Virus record (IMG/VR): IMGVR_UViG_3300020045_008807
Coordinates: 1-40,429 of that record
Length of the DNA: 40,429 bases
Origin: a virus
Lineage: Duplodnaviria; Caudoviricetes
Direction: 5' to 3' (one strand)
The notes under the pieces are model-generated. The model did not search any database and had not been told where the DNA came from. It saw only the letters and a program-made list of their open reading frames with translations. The position numbers and the translations under genes were made by a program. This document shows, in pieces, positions 8,891-17,481 of the stretch; positions within the stretch are counted from its first letter, which is position 1, and every line of letters begins with the position of its first letter.

Positions 8891-9100
8891 TTAAAATCTA
8901 CTTTCCATAATAATATCAACAGCACCGCCATTTCTTAGATATTTTCTCATAGTACTAGGACTTCTTGAATGGCTACTATCATAATTATATTCTGGTGTCC
9001 ACTTTCCATTCCTATTAACTCTATACTTAAATGAATAATACTTTTTACCTACTTTTATATCCCAAATTTCTGCTTTAATTGTTTCTTTTATCTTATTCAT
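8891..9100 (-). CDS. Hypothetical protein, 69 aa
   Basis: ORF track. Confidence 0.55.
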   Translation of the reverse strand: MNKIKETIKAEIWDIKVGKKYYSFKYRVNRNGKWTPEYNYDSSHSRSPSTMRKYLRNGGAVDIIMESRF

Positions 9101-9138
9101 TGTTTTGATTGATTAAGGTGATAATGTTTACTTTTCAT

Positions 9139-9222
9139 TTATTTGGTTATCCAAGCTATTATCCATAGTGTGTTTAAGATTATTAAACTCCAAGCAAGTT
9201 GATTAAATGTAAATTTCTTCAT
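9139..9222 (-). CDS. 27-aa single-TM peptide
   Basis: Translated by hand: MKKFTFNQLAWSLIILNTLWIIAWITK. Confidence 0.45.
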   Translation of the reverse strand: MKKFTFNQLAWSLIILNTLWIIAWITK

Positions 9223-9248
9223 ATTGTTTTTAATTAATTACTAATGTT

Positions 9249-9383
9249 TTAACTTTTCCAGTACCAATAACATAGTATTCCAAAGAATATAAATACTAAT
9301 GGTGCAAAAATTATAAAGTTCCAAAACACTAAACAGTAAGATACTATTGTTCCTATTCCTCCTATGTAATATAATTTATTCAT
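9249..9383 (-). CDS. 44-aa membrane protein
   Basis: Translated by hand: MNKLYYIGGIGTIVSYCLVFWNFIIFAPLVFIFFGILCYWYWKS. Confidence 0.55.
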   Translation of the reverse strand: MNKLYYIGGIGTIVSYCLVFWNFIIFAPLVFIFFGILCYWYWKS

Positions 9384-9384
9384 A

Positions 9385-9888
9385 TTAACATTCACAATTA
9401 GGTTCATAAGGTTTACGACCATCTGCTAATCCATTATTATATCCTCTTTCTTCGGCTTGTTTGATTTGAAATTGGATAAAGTTTTTAATATCTCCAATTA
9501 TCATAGGAACACCTAATTTTTCTATATCTATTTCATTACCATATAATTTAACATTCTCTGGGATAAACTTTTTATCAAACCTTTCTTCCCAACTAGGTTT
9601 ACTTGCAGTAAAGGGGGTGGGTAAATTATCTAGTTCTTCTTGTGTTCCCATATAATTTGCACTATTCGCCTGAATGATATTATTGAATGGTTTTTCTTTA
9701 CTCTCTTTGGGGAGATGACAAGGGCAAGAACAAGGATTTATACTACACCCAAGTTTACACCAACATTCACTCTCAAGAGGATTTACTATATTCCCCTTTA
9801 ACCATTCTTTGTTTAGTTCATTTTCTGGGTGGCACATTTTACAAGGTGTGTCCTCAAAATCATGTGGGTAAGGTATTTTGCAGCTCAT
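9385..9888 (-). CDS. Hypothetical Cys-rich mosaic protein, 167 aa
   Basis: ORF track; several Cys/His clusters and a WEERFD segment. Confidence 0.6.
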   Translation of the reverse strand: MSCKIPYPHDFEDTPCKMCHPENELNKEWLKGNIVNPLESECWCKLGCSINPCSCPCHLPKESKEKPFNNIIQANSANYMGTQEELDNLPTPFTASKPSWEERFDKKFIPENVKLYGNEIDIEKLGVPMIIGDIKNFIQFQIKQAEERGYNNGLADGRKPYEPNCEC

Positions 9889-9889
9889 A

Positions 9890-10024
9890 TTAGAATATCC
9901 AATTTAGAATAGTAAATCCGACCAACACCATTAATGCAAGTGCTACTCCGTAAAATACTACATAAGCTAAACAACCTAAGATTCCAAATACTCCAATTCC
10001 TAATGCTTCTAGTATATTTTTCAT
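9890..10024 (-). CDS. 44-aa membrane protein
   Basis: Translated by hand: MKNILEALGIGVFGILGCLAYVVFYGVALALMVLVGFTILNWIF. Confidence 0.55.
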   Translation of the reverse strand: MKNILEALGIGVFGILGCLAYVVFYGVALALMVLVGFTILNWIF

Positions 10025-10025
10025 A

Positions 10026-10214
10026 TTAATTTAATAGTTCACTCTCAATAGCTTGTAATCTTTCTTTTGCTTTTTGAAGTATGAAGTGATTTTTTCTTTT
10101 TTCTACTTGTATATCTGTCTCTGCTTTAGATAATTTAATTTTCATTATCATAGCATCTGATACTTCTTTTGACGCTTGTATTATTTTTTCTTCTAAAGTA
10201 AGCTCTTTTTCCAT
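10026..10214 (-). CDS. Coiled-coil hypothetical protein, 62 aa
   Basis: ORF track. Confidence 0.6.
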   Translation of the reverse strand: MEKELTLEEKIIQASKEVSDAMIMKIKLSKAETDIQVEKRKNHFILQKAKERLQAIESELLN

Positions 10215-10217
10215 AAA

Positions 10218-10358
10218 TTATAGGACTTTACTTCTAATGTAATCGGCCTCTGTTCTATGATTTTGTGCTTTCTTTTTCAAAGTTTTGTCCTCTTTAGGAG
10301 AAACTCTAAAGTGCTTAATCAATGTTCTATGAAATTCTTTCTTTATTTCTTTTGCCAT
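10218..10358 (-). CDS. 46-aa ribbon-helix-helix-like DNA-binding protein
   Basis: Translated by hand: RTLIKHFRVSPKEDKTLKKKA...TEADYIR fits a MobC/NikA/CopG-like RHH pattern. Confidence 0.55.
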   Translation of the reverse strand: MAKEIKKEFHRTLIKHFRVSPKEDKTLKKKAQNHRTEADYIRSKVL

Positions 10359-10359
10359 A

Positions 10360-10497
10360 TTATAACTCTTCAATTATTCCTAATAATTCCGACACTATTA
10401 ATACTATAACTGCAGGAAGGAGCCAAAACAATAGCATTCCATATCCTATAATTCTAAGTCCACTCTTAATAAAACTAATCTTGCTGTGGTAAGTCAT
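10360..10497 (-). CDS. Small membrane protein (likely start MTYHSKISFIKSGLRIIG)
   Basis: ORF track 10360-10545 trimmed to an internal ATG to reduce overlap; hydrophobic. Confidence 0.6.
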   Translation of the reverse strand: MTYHSKISFIKSGLRIIGYGMLLFWLLPAVIVLIVSELLGIIEEL

Positions 10498-10963
10498 TTG
10501 ATTGATTGTAAATTCCTTGATAAAGCGATGCCGACTCTGCTTCAAAGAACATAATTTGTGCTATTCTTACTCCTTTTTCTACTTCAATAGGGACATCTAC
10601 TCGTAAAACTGCTCCTATTTTGTTTGAAAAACCGCTGTCATACACTCCTGAGAGGATGAATGCGCCCATTCTATTCAAAGTACTTCTCTGAACAATTTGT
10701 GCACACATATTCTCTGGAACTTTAATCTTTTGATTGAATTCTATTGAATAAGCTCCTGGCATTAGTTTATAAATACCTTTCTCGCATTCAACTTCAATGT
10801 ATTCATCAATTTTTCTTGAGTCTTTTTTAAGAACTCCTCCTGTTATTAATGAGATAGATTCTAGTGTTAGGTCTATCCCATTCTGTTGAACTTCATAAAA
10901 ATCATCTGTCAGATTTTCAATTATTCTTTCGTCTACTATTCTTTGTGGATTAATTACACTCAT
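10475..10963 (-). CDS. Trimeric dUTPase / dCTP deaminase family protein
   Basis: QQNGIDLT, QRSTLNRMG, GVYDSGF, RIAQIMF, YQGIY. Confidence 0.85.
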   Translation of the reverse strand: MSVINPQRIVDERIIENLTDDFYEVQQNGIDLTLESISLITGGVLKKDSRKIDEYIEVECEKGIYKLMPGAYSIEFNQKIKVPENMCAQIVQRSTLNRMGAFILSGVYDSGFSNKIGAVLRVDVPIEVEKGVRIAQIMFFEAESASLYQGIYNQSNDLPQQD

Positions 10964-10964
10964 A

Positions 10965-11753
10965 TTATTTAATTGCTTTTTTTACTCTACTAATATTCTT
11001 TTGAATGTCGTCTTTTTGTTTCTTTGTAAGAGTATCCAACTCAAAATCGACTTTTTCTTTTACTTTTCCACCAGGAACTTCTAGTTTTTTAGTTAGAACC
11101 TTTCCTTTTAATCCTGACTGAAAACAACAACTTGTGTCGTTAGTCTTTACCCAAGGACAATATTGTTTTGCAAAAAGAACATCTTTGTAGGAGTCTCCAA
11201 GTCCTAGTAAGTGACAGTCTTTCCAAATAACTCCATCTTTATTAAGCTCAATCATTTTCTTCATCAATTCTATTCTAGCTTCTGTAATTGGAAGCCTGTA
11301 TGATTTTGGAATTGATAAAATAGAGAGTCCAATAATATCTACATTTTTATTGTTGTTGAAGGATAGTAGTTGATTGATATAATCTGTTCTACTTTTTGCT
11401 TGAGGAACTGCTGCTACCCTAAAAACACTTCGTACTTTCTGTTTTCGAAGCTCTTCTATGAAAGAATTCAATTCTTCTTGTGTTTTTTTAGGATTAAAGA
11501 GCACATCTGGAGCAAAAACTACTTCAGCTGCTATTTTTAATGCCTTCTTAATTAGAGAGGAAGTAGGTTCTGGTGTGTGATTTTCAAATAATCCATTATC
11601 TAAAAAGATTGTTTTTCGAGTTTTACATAATGCTTTTTCGTATTCATTCTCTTCTTTTAAGTCTATGAGATGAGCAAGAGCAAGATGAAAACTGCCTTGT
11701 TCTCCATACTTCTTTATAAATTTGCTTGGTGTAATTATAGCTAGTTTAATCAT
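10965..11753 (-). CDS. dpdA: DpdA-like (TGT-fold) DNA-guanine transglycosylase
   Basis: TIM-barrel motifs in TGT order: IFLDNGLFE, VFAPDVL, AAVPQ, IIGLS, CHLLG, TNDTS; folE/queD/queE context. Confidence 0.7.
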   Translation of the reverse strand: MIKLAIITPSKFIKKYGEQGSFHLALAHLIDLKEENEYEKALCKTRKTIFLDNGLFENHTPEPTSSLIKKALKIAAEVVFAPDVLFNPKKTQEELNSFIEELRKQKVRSVFRVAAVPQAKSRTDYINQLLSFNNNKNVDIIGLSILSIPKSYRLPITEARIELMKKMIELNKDGVIWKDCHLLGLGDSYKDVLFAKQYCPWVKTNDTSCCFQSGLKGKVLTKKLEVPGGKVKEKVDFELDTLTKKQKDDIQKNISRVKKAIK

Positions 11754-12114
11754 GTTTTTTATTTACTAATGTATTAATATATTTACTCCAGTTACAGTTT
11801 CGACATAAAACTTGGTATTCTGGAGGATAGTTTGATTTAATAATTCTTGGAAAAAGTAGAGTATTTTGTCTCACTATTTTCCTTTTTTCTGCTCCGTCAT
11901 TATTTATGTGGTCTAAATCTAGGCAAAAAATATCTTCTTTAAATCCACAATTACTACAACTAAAGGTTCCATTTGAATAGTGTCCTAAAACTTTAATTCT
12001 TATAAGTTGCCAGCTTTCCTTCCTGTATTTTTTAAGCTTCTCTTTGTTTTTCTGATAGAATTTTCTAGCAAACTCGTTTACTTTTATTCTTTTTTCCTCT
12101 TTAGTTTTTTTCAT
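11746..12114 (-). CDS. HNH endonuclease
   Basis: CSNCG...LDLDHINNDG...YQVLCRNCN. Confidence 0.8.
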   Translation of the reverse strand: MKKTKEEKRIKVNEFARKFYQKNKEKLKKYRKESWQLIRIKVLGHYSNGTFSCSNCGFKEDIFCLDLDHINNDGAEKRKIVRQNTLLFPRIIKSNYPPEYQVLCRNCNWSKYINTLVNKKHD

Positions 12115-12568
12115 TTCTAATTTTCATCAATCCAAATATTCCATAATTTACAATGTCCTCGAGTTCCACTTCAATTGCTTTATTGTCTAATGATTGCTTA
12201 ACACAACGGTCTAATTTCATATACATTAAATCTACAATACTGTTTAGTCTGAGCTTTTTATAACTGTCTCCATACTTATCATTTCTTCCTTTCATTAATT
12301 CAAAACATCTAACAAACTCATCTTTAGCAAGTTCCATATCTGTTTTGTCTTCTTCTATTTCTATTTCTTCTTTGAATTGAGCCTCTAGTTCAATTTGATT
12401 AACTTTCTCTTCTAACCATCCTTTCATTCTTTTATATCCAGGTCCGTCAAACTCTGCTAGTTTTTCAATACTAGCTCCTTTGAACATGTAATTTTTGTCT
12501 ATTAAAACTCCTGGTTCAAGAATTTTAGTTAGTTTTATAAGATAGTTTATGCGTTCTTGTTTATTCAT
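12101..12568 (-). CDS. Protein with C-terminal DUF1599/Nmad1-like nucleotide-modification-associated domain
   Basis: GRNDKYGDS...KLDR...LEDIVNY; likely start MNKQER at 12568. Confidence 0.65.
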   Translation of the reverse strand: MNKQERINYLIKLTKILEPGVLIDKNYMFKGASIEKLAEFDGPGYKRMKGWLEEKVNQIELEAQFKEEIEIEEDKTDMELAKDEFVRCFELMKGRNDKYGDSYKKLRLNSIVDLMYMKLDRCVKQSLDNKAIEVELEDIVNYGIFGLMKIRNEKN

Positions 12569-12569
12569 A

Positions 12570-12920
12570 TTAATTAAATCTTTCGTAATTGTTAATTTCT
12601 GACCCGTTTTCATTATCTTCAAGTACACTTACTTCTATTCTTGAGTTGGGATATTTTATTTCTAGGCGGTCAACTATATACTCAGCTATCATTTCACAAC
12701 TCTCTGTCTCTTCGCTTCCTACGATAAACTGGTCTATCAACACAGTAATCATTTTCTTCACTGCGAAGTATTCTAATTCTCTATCATCTCCCTCTACTTG
12801 TATTTTAGTTTCTACATAGAAGATATGCCTATGTGTATTTCTAAGAAACTTTTCAGTATCAGGAGCATCTACCCACTTGTGGAACCATTCAAATTGATTT
12901 TTTACTTTTATGAATATCAT
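12570..12920 (-). CDS. dpdL: DpdL-like QueD paralog (predicted 7-carboxy-7-deazaguanine decarboxylase)
   Basis: T-fold pattern FEWFHKW, LRNTHRHIF (LxxxHRHxF), RELEY, SCEMIA, VSVLEDNENG; lacks the QueD CxxxHGH motif. Confidence 0.7.
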   Translation of the reverse strand: MIFIKVKNQFEWFHKWVDAPDTEKFLRNTHRHIFYVETKIQVEGDDRELEYFAVKKMITVLIDQFIVGSEETESCEMIAEYIVDRLEIKYPNSRIEVSVLEDNENGSEINNYERFN

Positions 12921-13228
12921 CTTATTATTTTAAATTTATTAAATCTGTTGCCGTCGCACCCAATCGACTTTGCTTTCCTTTTCCAAAACTTGTTGTGTCC
13001 ATGATTTGGAGTAAGTGCGTGAGCTATTTCATGAAGTATTACATTTGTAATTGCTTCTACTTCATTCAATTCAACGAAGACTGGTTGTAGGGTTATCTTT
13101 TTTTCTTTAGTCCAACAACTTCCTAGCCTTCTATATCTCTTCACTCTTTTTGTCCACTCAAGTTTGAAATCACAACCATTTTTTTCTGCTAATTCTTTAT
13201 ACAATTTCTCACACTCTATTATTTGCAT
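12917..13228 (-). CDS. SprT-like Zn metalloprotease
   Basis: LGSC, ILHEIAHAL, HGHNKFWK; likely start MQIIE at 13228. Confidence 0.8.
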   Translation of the reverse strand: MQIIECEKLYKELAEKNGCDFKLEWTKRVKRYRRLGSCWTKEKKITLQPVFVELNEVEAITNVILHEIAHALTPNHGHNKFWKRKAKSIGCDGNRFNKFKIIR

Positions 13229-13272
13229 ATTTTGTTTTTTGATTAATTTAGAGATGACCAATCTCTCTATAC

Positions 13273-13301
13273 ATTATACCTCCTTAGGTATTCTTACACA
13301 A
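13273..13301 (-). promoter_or_regulatory. sigma70 promoter with ATACCT-N4-AGGTAT palindrome
   Basis: TTGTGT-17-TATAAT; palindrome at 13276-13291. Confidence 0.75.
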
Positions 13302-13351
13302 CAGGCAAATCGTCTTTATAGTAGTGGGTAGAAAAAGTTATGCACACCTCT

Positions 13352-13993
13352 TTAAAATCTATCTTGGCTGATAAGTTGGAAAAACTCTTGTCTTGTTCCA
13401 ATTTCATTAGTCCAGAAGTATCCTGAGAGTTGACTCGTTTTCATAGCAGATTCATGTCTTACTCCTCTACAAGCAACACAATTGTGTTTTGCTTCAATTA
13501 CTACTGCTACTCCTCTATTTCCAGTACAGAGTTCTTTTATCTCGTCGTGTATTTGTTTTGTAAGGGACTCTTGAATACTAGGACGATGAGAATACCACTC
13601 TACTATTCTATTTAATTTACTAAGACCAAGTACTTTTGACTTCTTTCCTTTCCCAGGAATGTATGCCACATGAGCGACTCCTTTAAAAGTTAAATTATGG
13701 TGAGCACACATTGATACTACTGGAATGTTTGTTTGACAAACGAGTCCTGTATATCCTTCATCGTTAGGGAATGTTTTAATTTTAGGTCTCTCTGATACAG
13801 AGCCTTCTATTAAATCATACATCCACGCTTTTGCTACTCTCATAGGAGTTTCTTTAGATTGTTCATCTGCTTCCCAATCAAACCCTAATGAGTATAAGAA
13901 TTCTCCATACCACTTTGCTGCATTTAATACCATTAGATGTTTCTCTGCTTCTGTTCTTGGTATATTCCCATTAATTTTTTTTAGATATTTCAT
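13352..13993 (-). CDS. folE: GTP cyclohydrolase I
   Basis: ETPMRVAK, SMCAHH, GLSKLNRIV, QESLT, HNCVACRGV. Confidence 0.95.
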   Translation of the reverse strand: MKYLKKINGNIPRTEAEKHLMVLNAAKWYGEFLYSLGFDWEADEQSKETPMRVAKAWMYDLIEGSVSERPKIKTFPNDEGYTGLVCQTNIPVVSMCAHHNLTFKGVAHVAYIPGKGKKSKVLGLSKLNRIVEWYSHRPSIQESLTKQIHDEIKELCTGNRGVAVVIEAKHNCVACRGVRHESAMKTSQLSGYFWTNEIGTRQEFFQLISQDRF

Positions 13994-13996
13994 AAT

Positions 13997-14341
13997 TTAA
14001 TTTAATTTTGATAAATACTTAGCACCTATTTCTTCTAATGCGTCTTCATACCAGTCATCAAACTTACCATCTTTTTTCATTTCTTTCCAATAAACAAACA
14101 TCCTATCTCTTAATCTTTGACTAGGAGTTTTTCTTCCTTTCTCTACTACTACTTCTGGAATTTTGAGGTCCTCTTTAGTAACAGAAGTCTCTGCAAATGC
14201 AATCCAAATTTGTTTTTCAAATAATCCAAATAAGATAGATGCGTTGTCTGGAGACATCTCTTGAGTGCCAATAGTTATGGATAAAGTCCTATCATTCTTG
14301 GCAGTAATCTTATCTATTTGAGCTGAGCATTGAACTATCAT
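13997..14341 (-). CDS. Hypothetical phage protein (KTPSQRLR motif)
   Basis: ORF track; next to the SSB gene. Confidence 0.65.
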   Translation of the reverse strand: MIVQCSAQIDKITAKNDRTLSITIGTQEMSPDNASILFGLFEKQIWIAFAETSVTKEDLKIPEVVVEKGRKTPSQRLRDRMFVYWKEMKKDGKFDDWYEDALEEIGAKYLSKLN

Positions 14342-14344
14342 AAA

Positions 14345-14770
14345 CTAAAACGGAATATCGTCTGGATTGATATCTTCCGTAGGATAATCTGAACCACCGA
14401 CTCCTGGCTCGTTTTTAGGCCTAATTATGCCATAAATAACATCCATCTTAGCATTGATTGTGCCTATTTTGGTAAGAATTTCACTCATCATCTCGATTGC
14501 TTTGTCGTCTTTCTTAGGAACTTCAAAGTTTAAATATTGACCTTGGTCTCCTGCCTTTTTAACAATTACTTCAACCTCGTCTCCTTCTTTCCAATTTTCA
14601 TTTTCTTTTCCTTTAAAACCACTCAACCACTTTTCTCCATATTGAGTACACTGAATACTCATGCGAGTATATGGACGCCCTGGCTTTCCATCTCTTGCTT
14701 GTCCTATTAAAGGATTGCCTTGTTTATCTTTATCTGTTACATAAACTCTAGTTATTTTTACTTTTTCCAT
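14345..14770 (-). CDS. Single-stranded DNA-binding protein-like
   Basis: OB-fold-like beta pattern; acidic C-terminal tail ending DDIPF. Confidence 0.7.
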   Translation of the reverse strand: MEKVKITRVYVTDKDKQGNPLIGQARDGKPGRPYTRMSIQCTQYGEKWLSGFKGKENENWKEGDEVEVIVKKAGDQGQYLNFEVPKKDDKAIEMMSEILTKIGTINAKMDVIYGIIRPKNEPGVGGSDYPTEDINPDDIPF

Positions 14771-14772
14771 AA

Positions 14773-14991
14773 TTATTTAGTTACTTTTTTTAATGTTTCA
14801 AGCATCATGTTTTGAATATCTTCCATTGCTTGTTTTTTCCCTATATGATAACCAAAATGCATTATATTTTCTAAATCACCTTGCATTTTTAGAAGTTCAT
14901 ACATTCCCTTATCTCTTGCATCCATTTTAGAAACAATTTCGTCGTGCATTTTTTTTAATCCTTCTTTTGCTTTTTTTTCTTTATTAAACAT
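14773..14991 (-). CDS. Hypothetical protein, 72 aa
   Basis: ORF track. Confidence 0.6.
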   Translation of the reverse strand: MFNKEKKAKEGLKKMHDEIVSKMDARDKGMYELLKMQGDLENIMHFGYHIGKKQAMEDIQNMMLETLKKVTK

Positions 14992-14993
14992 AA

Positions 14994-15848
14994 TTATTTA
15001 TTTGTTAATTTGTGCAATACTACACAACTTCTAAAGCCTTCTCTTAATTCTTCTGTATTGTGTCTGACATCGACCAAAAATTTATCAGAACCAAACGGAA
15101 ATACATAATACTCTTCAATTTTAAGAGGACCGCTTAGTTGATATCCTCCTTCATTAAAAATACCATTCTCTGATTGTTGCTCGTCATATCCTGCACACTG
15201 AATAAATTGACTATCGTATGCCTCTTTGCTTGACTTAAAGTCTCCAACACAAATCTTTCCATTCTTATGTCTAAATATGACATCAAATATTCCTCCAGTC
15301 CATAATGTATTTGAATAGACATGTTTTTCAGAATACATGAACTTTTCTACGTTTAAAATAGACCAGTCTATAAAATTCTGTAGTTTTTTTGCATTTACTT
15401 CGCTGTCTATTAAAGCAGCAAAAGTTGCTAGTGGCTTCCCTTCATTTCTGTCTATACAAGCAGTTACATATTCTTCCATAACTTCGTGCATATCAGTACC
15501 CTTTAATGCTTTCGCATTCTTATCTCCAAAGTGAGCAAATCTTGCTTTTTTAAATATAGGATACTTCTTTTGAAGTTCATCAATTGCCTTCTTCTTATCG
15601 TCTTGAGCACAGGCGAGGAGATATTCTTCTCTAATTGTTGGTATCTTCTCTCCTGCTTCTAAACACTCTACTGCTGCAAGTTCTGCACTCCACCAAGTAA
15701 GATTTTTAGCTAGTACTCCTACTACTGTGGATGTCCCAAAAAGTGGCTTTCCTAGATAAGTATGGAGATGAGCTTTGTTTTCATCTAGGTACTTGTATTC
15801 ATTCTCTATGTAAACAGTCTCTCCTTTTGTTTCTGCTAGTTTACTCAT
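14994..15848 (-). CDS. PD-(D/E)XK exonuclease-like protein
   Basis: GTDMHE, SEKHV, GIFDVI, GDFKS, QCAGY. Confidence 0.8.
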   Translation of the reverse strand: MSKLAETKGETVYIENEYKYLDENKAHLHTYLGKPLFGTSTVVGVLAKNLTWWSAELAAVECLEAGEKIPTIREEYLLACAQDDKKKAIDELQKKYPIFKKARFAHFGDKNAKALKGTDMHEVMEEYVTACIDRNEGKPLATFAALIDSEVNAKKLQNFIDWSILNVEKFMYSEKHVYSNTLWTGGIFDVIFRHKNGKICVGDFKSSKEAYDSQFIQCAGYDEQQSENGIFNEGGYQLSGPLKIEEYYVFPFGSDKFLVDVRHNTEELREGFRSCVVLHKLTNK

Positions 15849-15849
15849 T

Positions 15850-15993
15850 TTATTGTTCTAATTTAGTTATTATGTTTACTGCGACCTTTCTTGTTAAATT
15901 ATCATTCCCTGTGTCTTCTGCTATTGGACCTAATAGTGTTGTAAGAAGTTGAATTTCTTGCCAAGTTAGATATATTTCTTTATTTTCAGTCAT
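15850..15993 (-). CDS. Hypothetical 47-aa protein (MTENKEIYLTWQEIQLL...)
   Basis: Translated by hand; stop lies 1 nt before the nuclease start. Confidence 0.5.
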   Translation of the reverse strand: MTENKEIYLTWQEIQLLTTLLGPIAEDTGNDNLTRKVAVNIITKLEQ

Positions 15994-16079
15994 TTTATTT
16001 TTTGAATATGAACCTTAGTTCGTTTGTTATTAATAATACTACCCCTACTGCCAAAATTATTAAAAGTATTTTTTGCATA

Positions 16080-16907
16080 TTATTTTACTTTCAAATTATT
16101 TTCTAATTCCGACTTTTCAATTCCAAATGCTCTCTTGAAACAAGTTCTACCTGCCATTCCAAACTGAGAAACTTCTCCCCAAGTTGGTAGTCTTTTATTT
16201 ATTTTAAAAAATCCATAGTATTGTTTTTGTATTTCCTCAACTGTATATTTTGGGAAAAAATCATTTGCCTTGCGGGCCTCAAAAGCGTTGTTTTGAGAAT
16301 TAAGAATATGTTCTCGGTATTCTTTTCTTGGGATACCCCAGACCACCACAGCCTCCTCGTAGGAGCCAAAGCGAGTCTCAATAATATATCTCAAGCGACC
16401 AGACAACTCGTCTATCTTTGGAATTCTCCCCAACTCATTGTATTTTTCATAGAACTGACTCCTAACTTGTTCTGGACAAGTCCCATATCTGTTGTTTGTT
16501 TGGATAGATGCTTTCGCTGTTCTCTGCCTCTTTGTATCTTTCTGAATTGTATGGAGTCTAAGAGTTTGATTCTTTAATCTTTTTAAGACTGCATTTTTCT
16601 TTGATTCAGTTAGATTCAAGAAATTATTCTTAATCTTTTTGCGAGTAGTCTCAGATATTAATGGAGTTCCAAGACTTAGACCTGTTTGAATACGATATTC
16701 GTTTGACGAGACTTGTTTGTGGGCATGTCTCAAGTGAATAGATATATTAAGAACAGTCTTACTACACAAATGACATTGAATTTTACCAGTTGATTCTTCC
16801 TCGAGCAAAACTCCATAGTACCCAAAACCTTTTTCGAACTTCATAAAAGGAGCTACTCCTTTATATATGGGACGAAATCCTTCTATTTTTATTGTTTCTG
16901 ATTTCAC
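16080..16907 (-). CDS. Ros/MucR-like Zn finger plus two homing-endonuclease-associated repeats
   Basis: IQCHLCSK...LRHAH...EYRIQTGL; LGRIP...RFGSYEEA and NKRLPT...RAFG repeats; GTG start. Confidence 0.65.
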   Translation of the reverse strand: MKSETIKIEGFRPIYKGVAPFMKFEKGFGYYGVLLEEESTGKIQCHLCSKTVLNISIHLRHAHKQVSSNEYRIQTGLSLGTPLISETTRKKIKNNFLNLTESKKNAVLKRLKNQTLRLHTIQKDTKRQRTAKASIQTNNRYGTCPEQVRSQFYEKYNELGRIPKIDELSGRLRYIIETRFGSYEEAVVVWGIPRKEYREHILNSQNNAFEARKANDFFPKYTVEEIQKQYYGFFKINKRLPTWGEVSQFGMAGRTCFKRAFGIEKSELENNLKVK

Positions 16908-16960
16908 AATATTTCTATTAATTATTTTAATTGAAAGGTGACCAAACCTTTACTCTTATA

Positions 16961-16989
16961 AGTATACCTCTCTAGGTATTCTTAGACAA
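16961..16989 (-). promoter_or_regulatory. sigma70 promoter with ATACCT-N4-AGGTAT palindrome
   Basis: TTGTCT-17-TATACT; palindrome at 16964-16979. Confidence 0.75.
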
Positions 16990-17005
16990 CAAGAAGGGTG
17001 CATAA

Positions 17006-17464
17006 CTATACCGTTTCAAAACAAGTCTTTTCTTCGTAAGTAGCAGTTGATGTTGGTGTCTCCCAAACTTTGACATGTTTAATTTTAATTCCAACTACTT
17101 CTAATTCTAGGGCCATTAGTTGATACCAATGATGTGCTAAATTTTCTGCTGTAGGAATAAAACTTACAAAGTGGGGTTTCTTAGTTTGTCCTTCTCCTAT
17201 TAAAGCAACTGCTCCAGCAATAGGGTCATCTCTATAGAATACTGAATTGTGGTCAAATTGTTTATCTAGAACATCCATCATTATGTTTTTTAAATCTCCA
17301 AAATCAATAACCATTCCTTCTGAACTAGCTCCAGGAATTGTAATTAATTTATCATCTACTCCTACTTCAATTTTATATCTATGACCATGCAAGTTCTGGC
17401 ATTTACTTTTATGGTTTGGCACTCTGTGGGCTAAATCTATTTCTATCTCTTTTGTTATTAACAT
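17006..17464 (-). CDS. queD: 6-carboxy-5,6,7,8-tetrahydropterin synthase
   Basis: AHR..KCQNLHGH, GMVIDFGDLK, FDH, PTAENLA, WETPT. Confidence 0.93.
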   Translation of the reverse strand: MLITKEIEIDLAHRVPNHKSKCQNLHGHRYKIEVGVDDKLITIPGASSEGMVIDFGDLKNIMMDVLDKQFDHNSVFYRDDPIAGAVALIGEGQTKKPHFVSFIPTAENLAHHWYQLMALELEVVGIKIKHVKVWETPTSTATYEEKTCFETV

Positions 17465-17481
17465 ATGTTTTTTAAATTAAT

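Noticed and set aside
14994-15848. Cas4 / CRISPR system
   Set aside because: No four-Cys Fe-S pattern and no repeat-spacer array seen; it fits a generic phage exonuclease.
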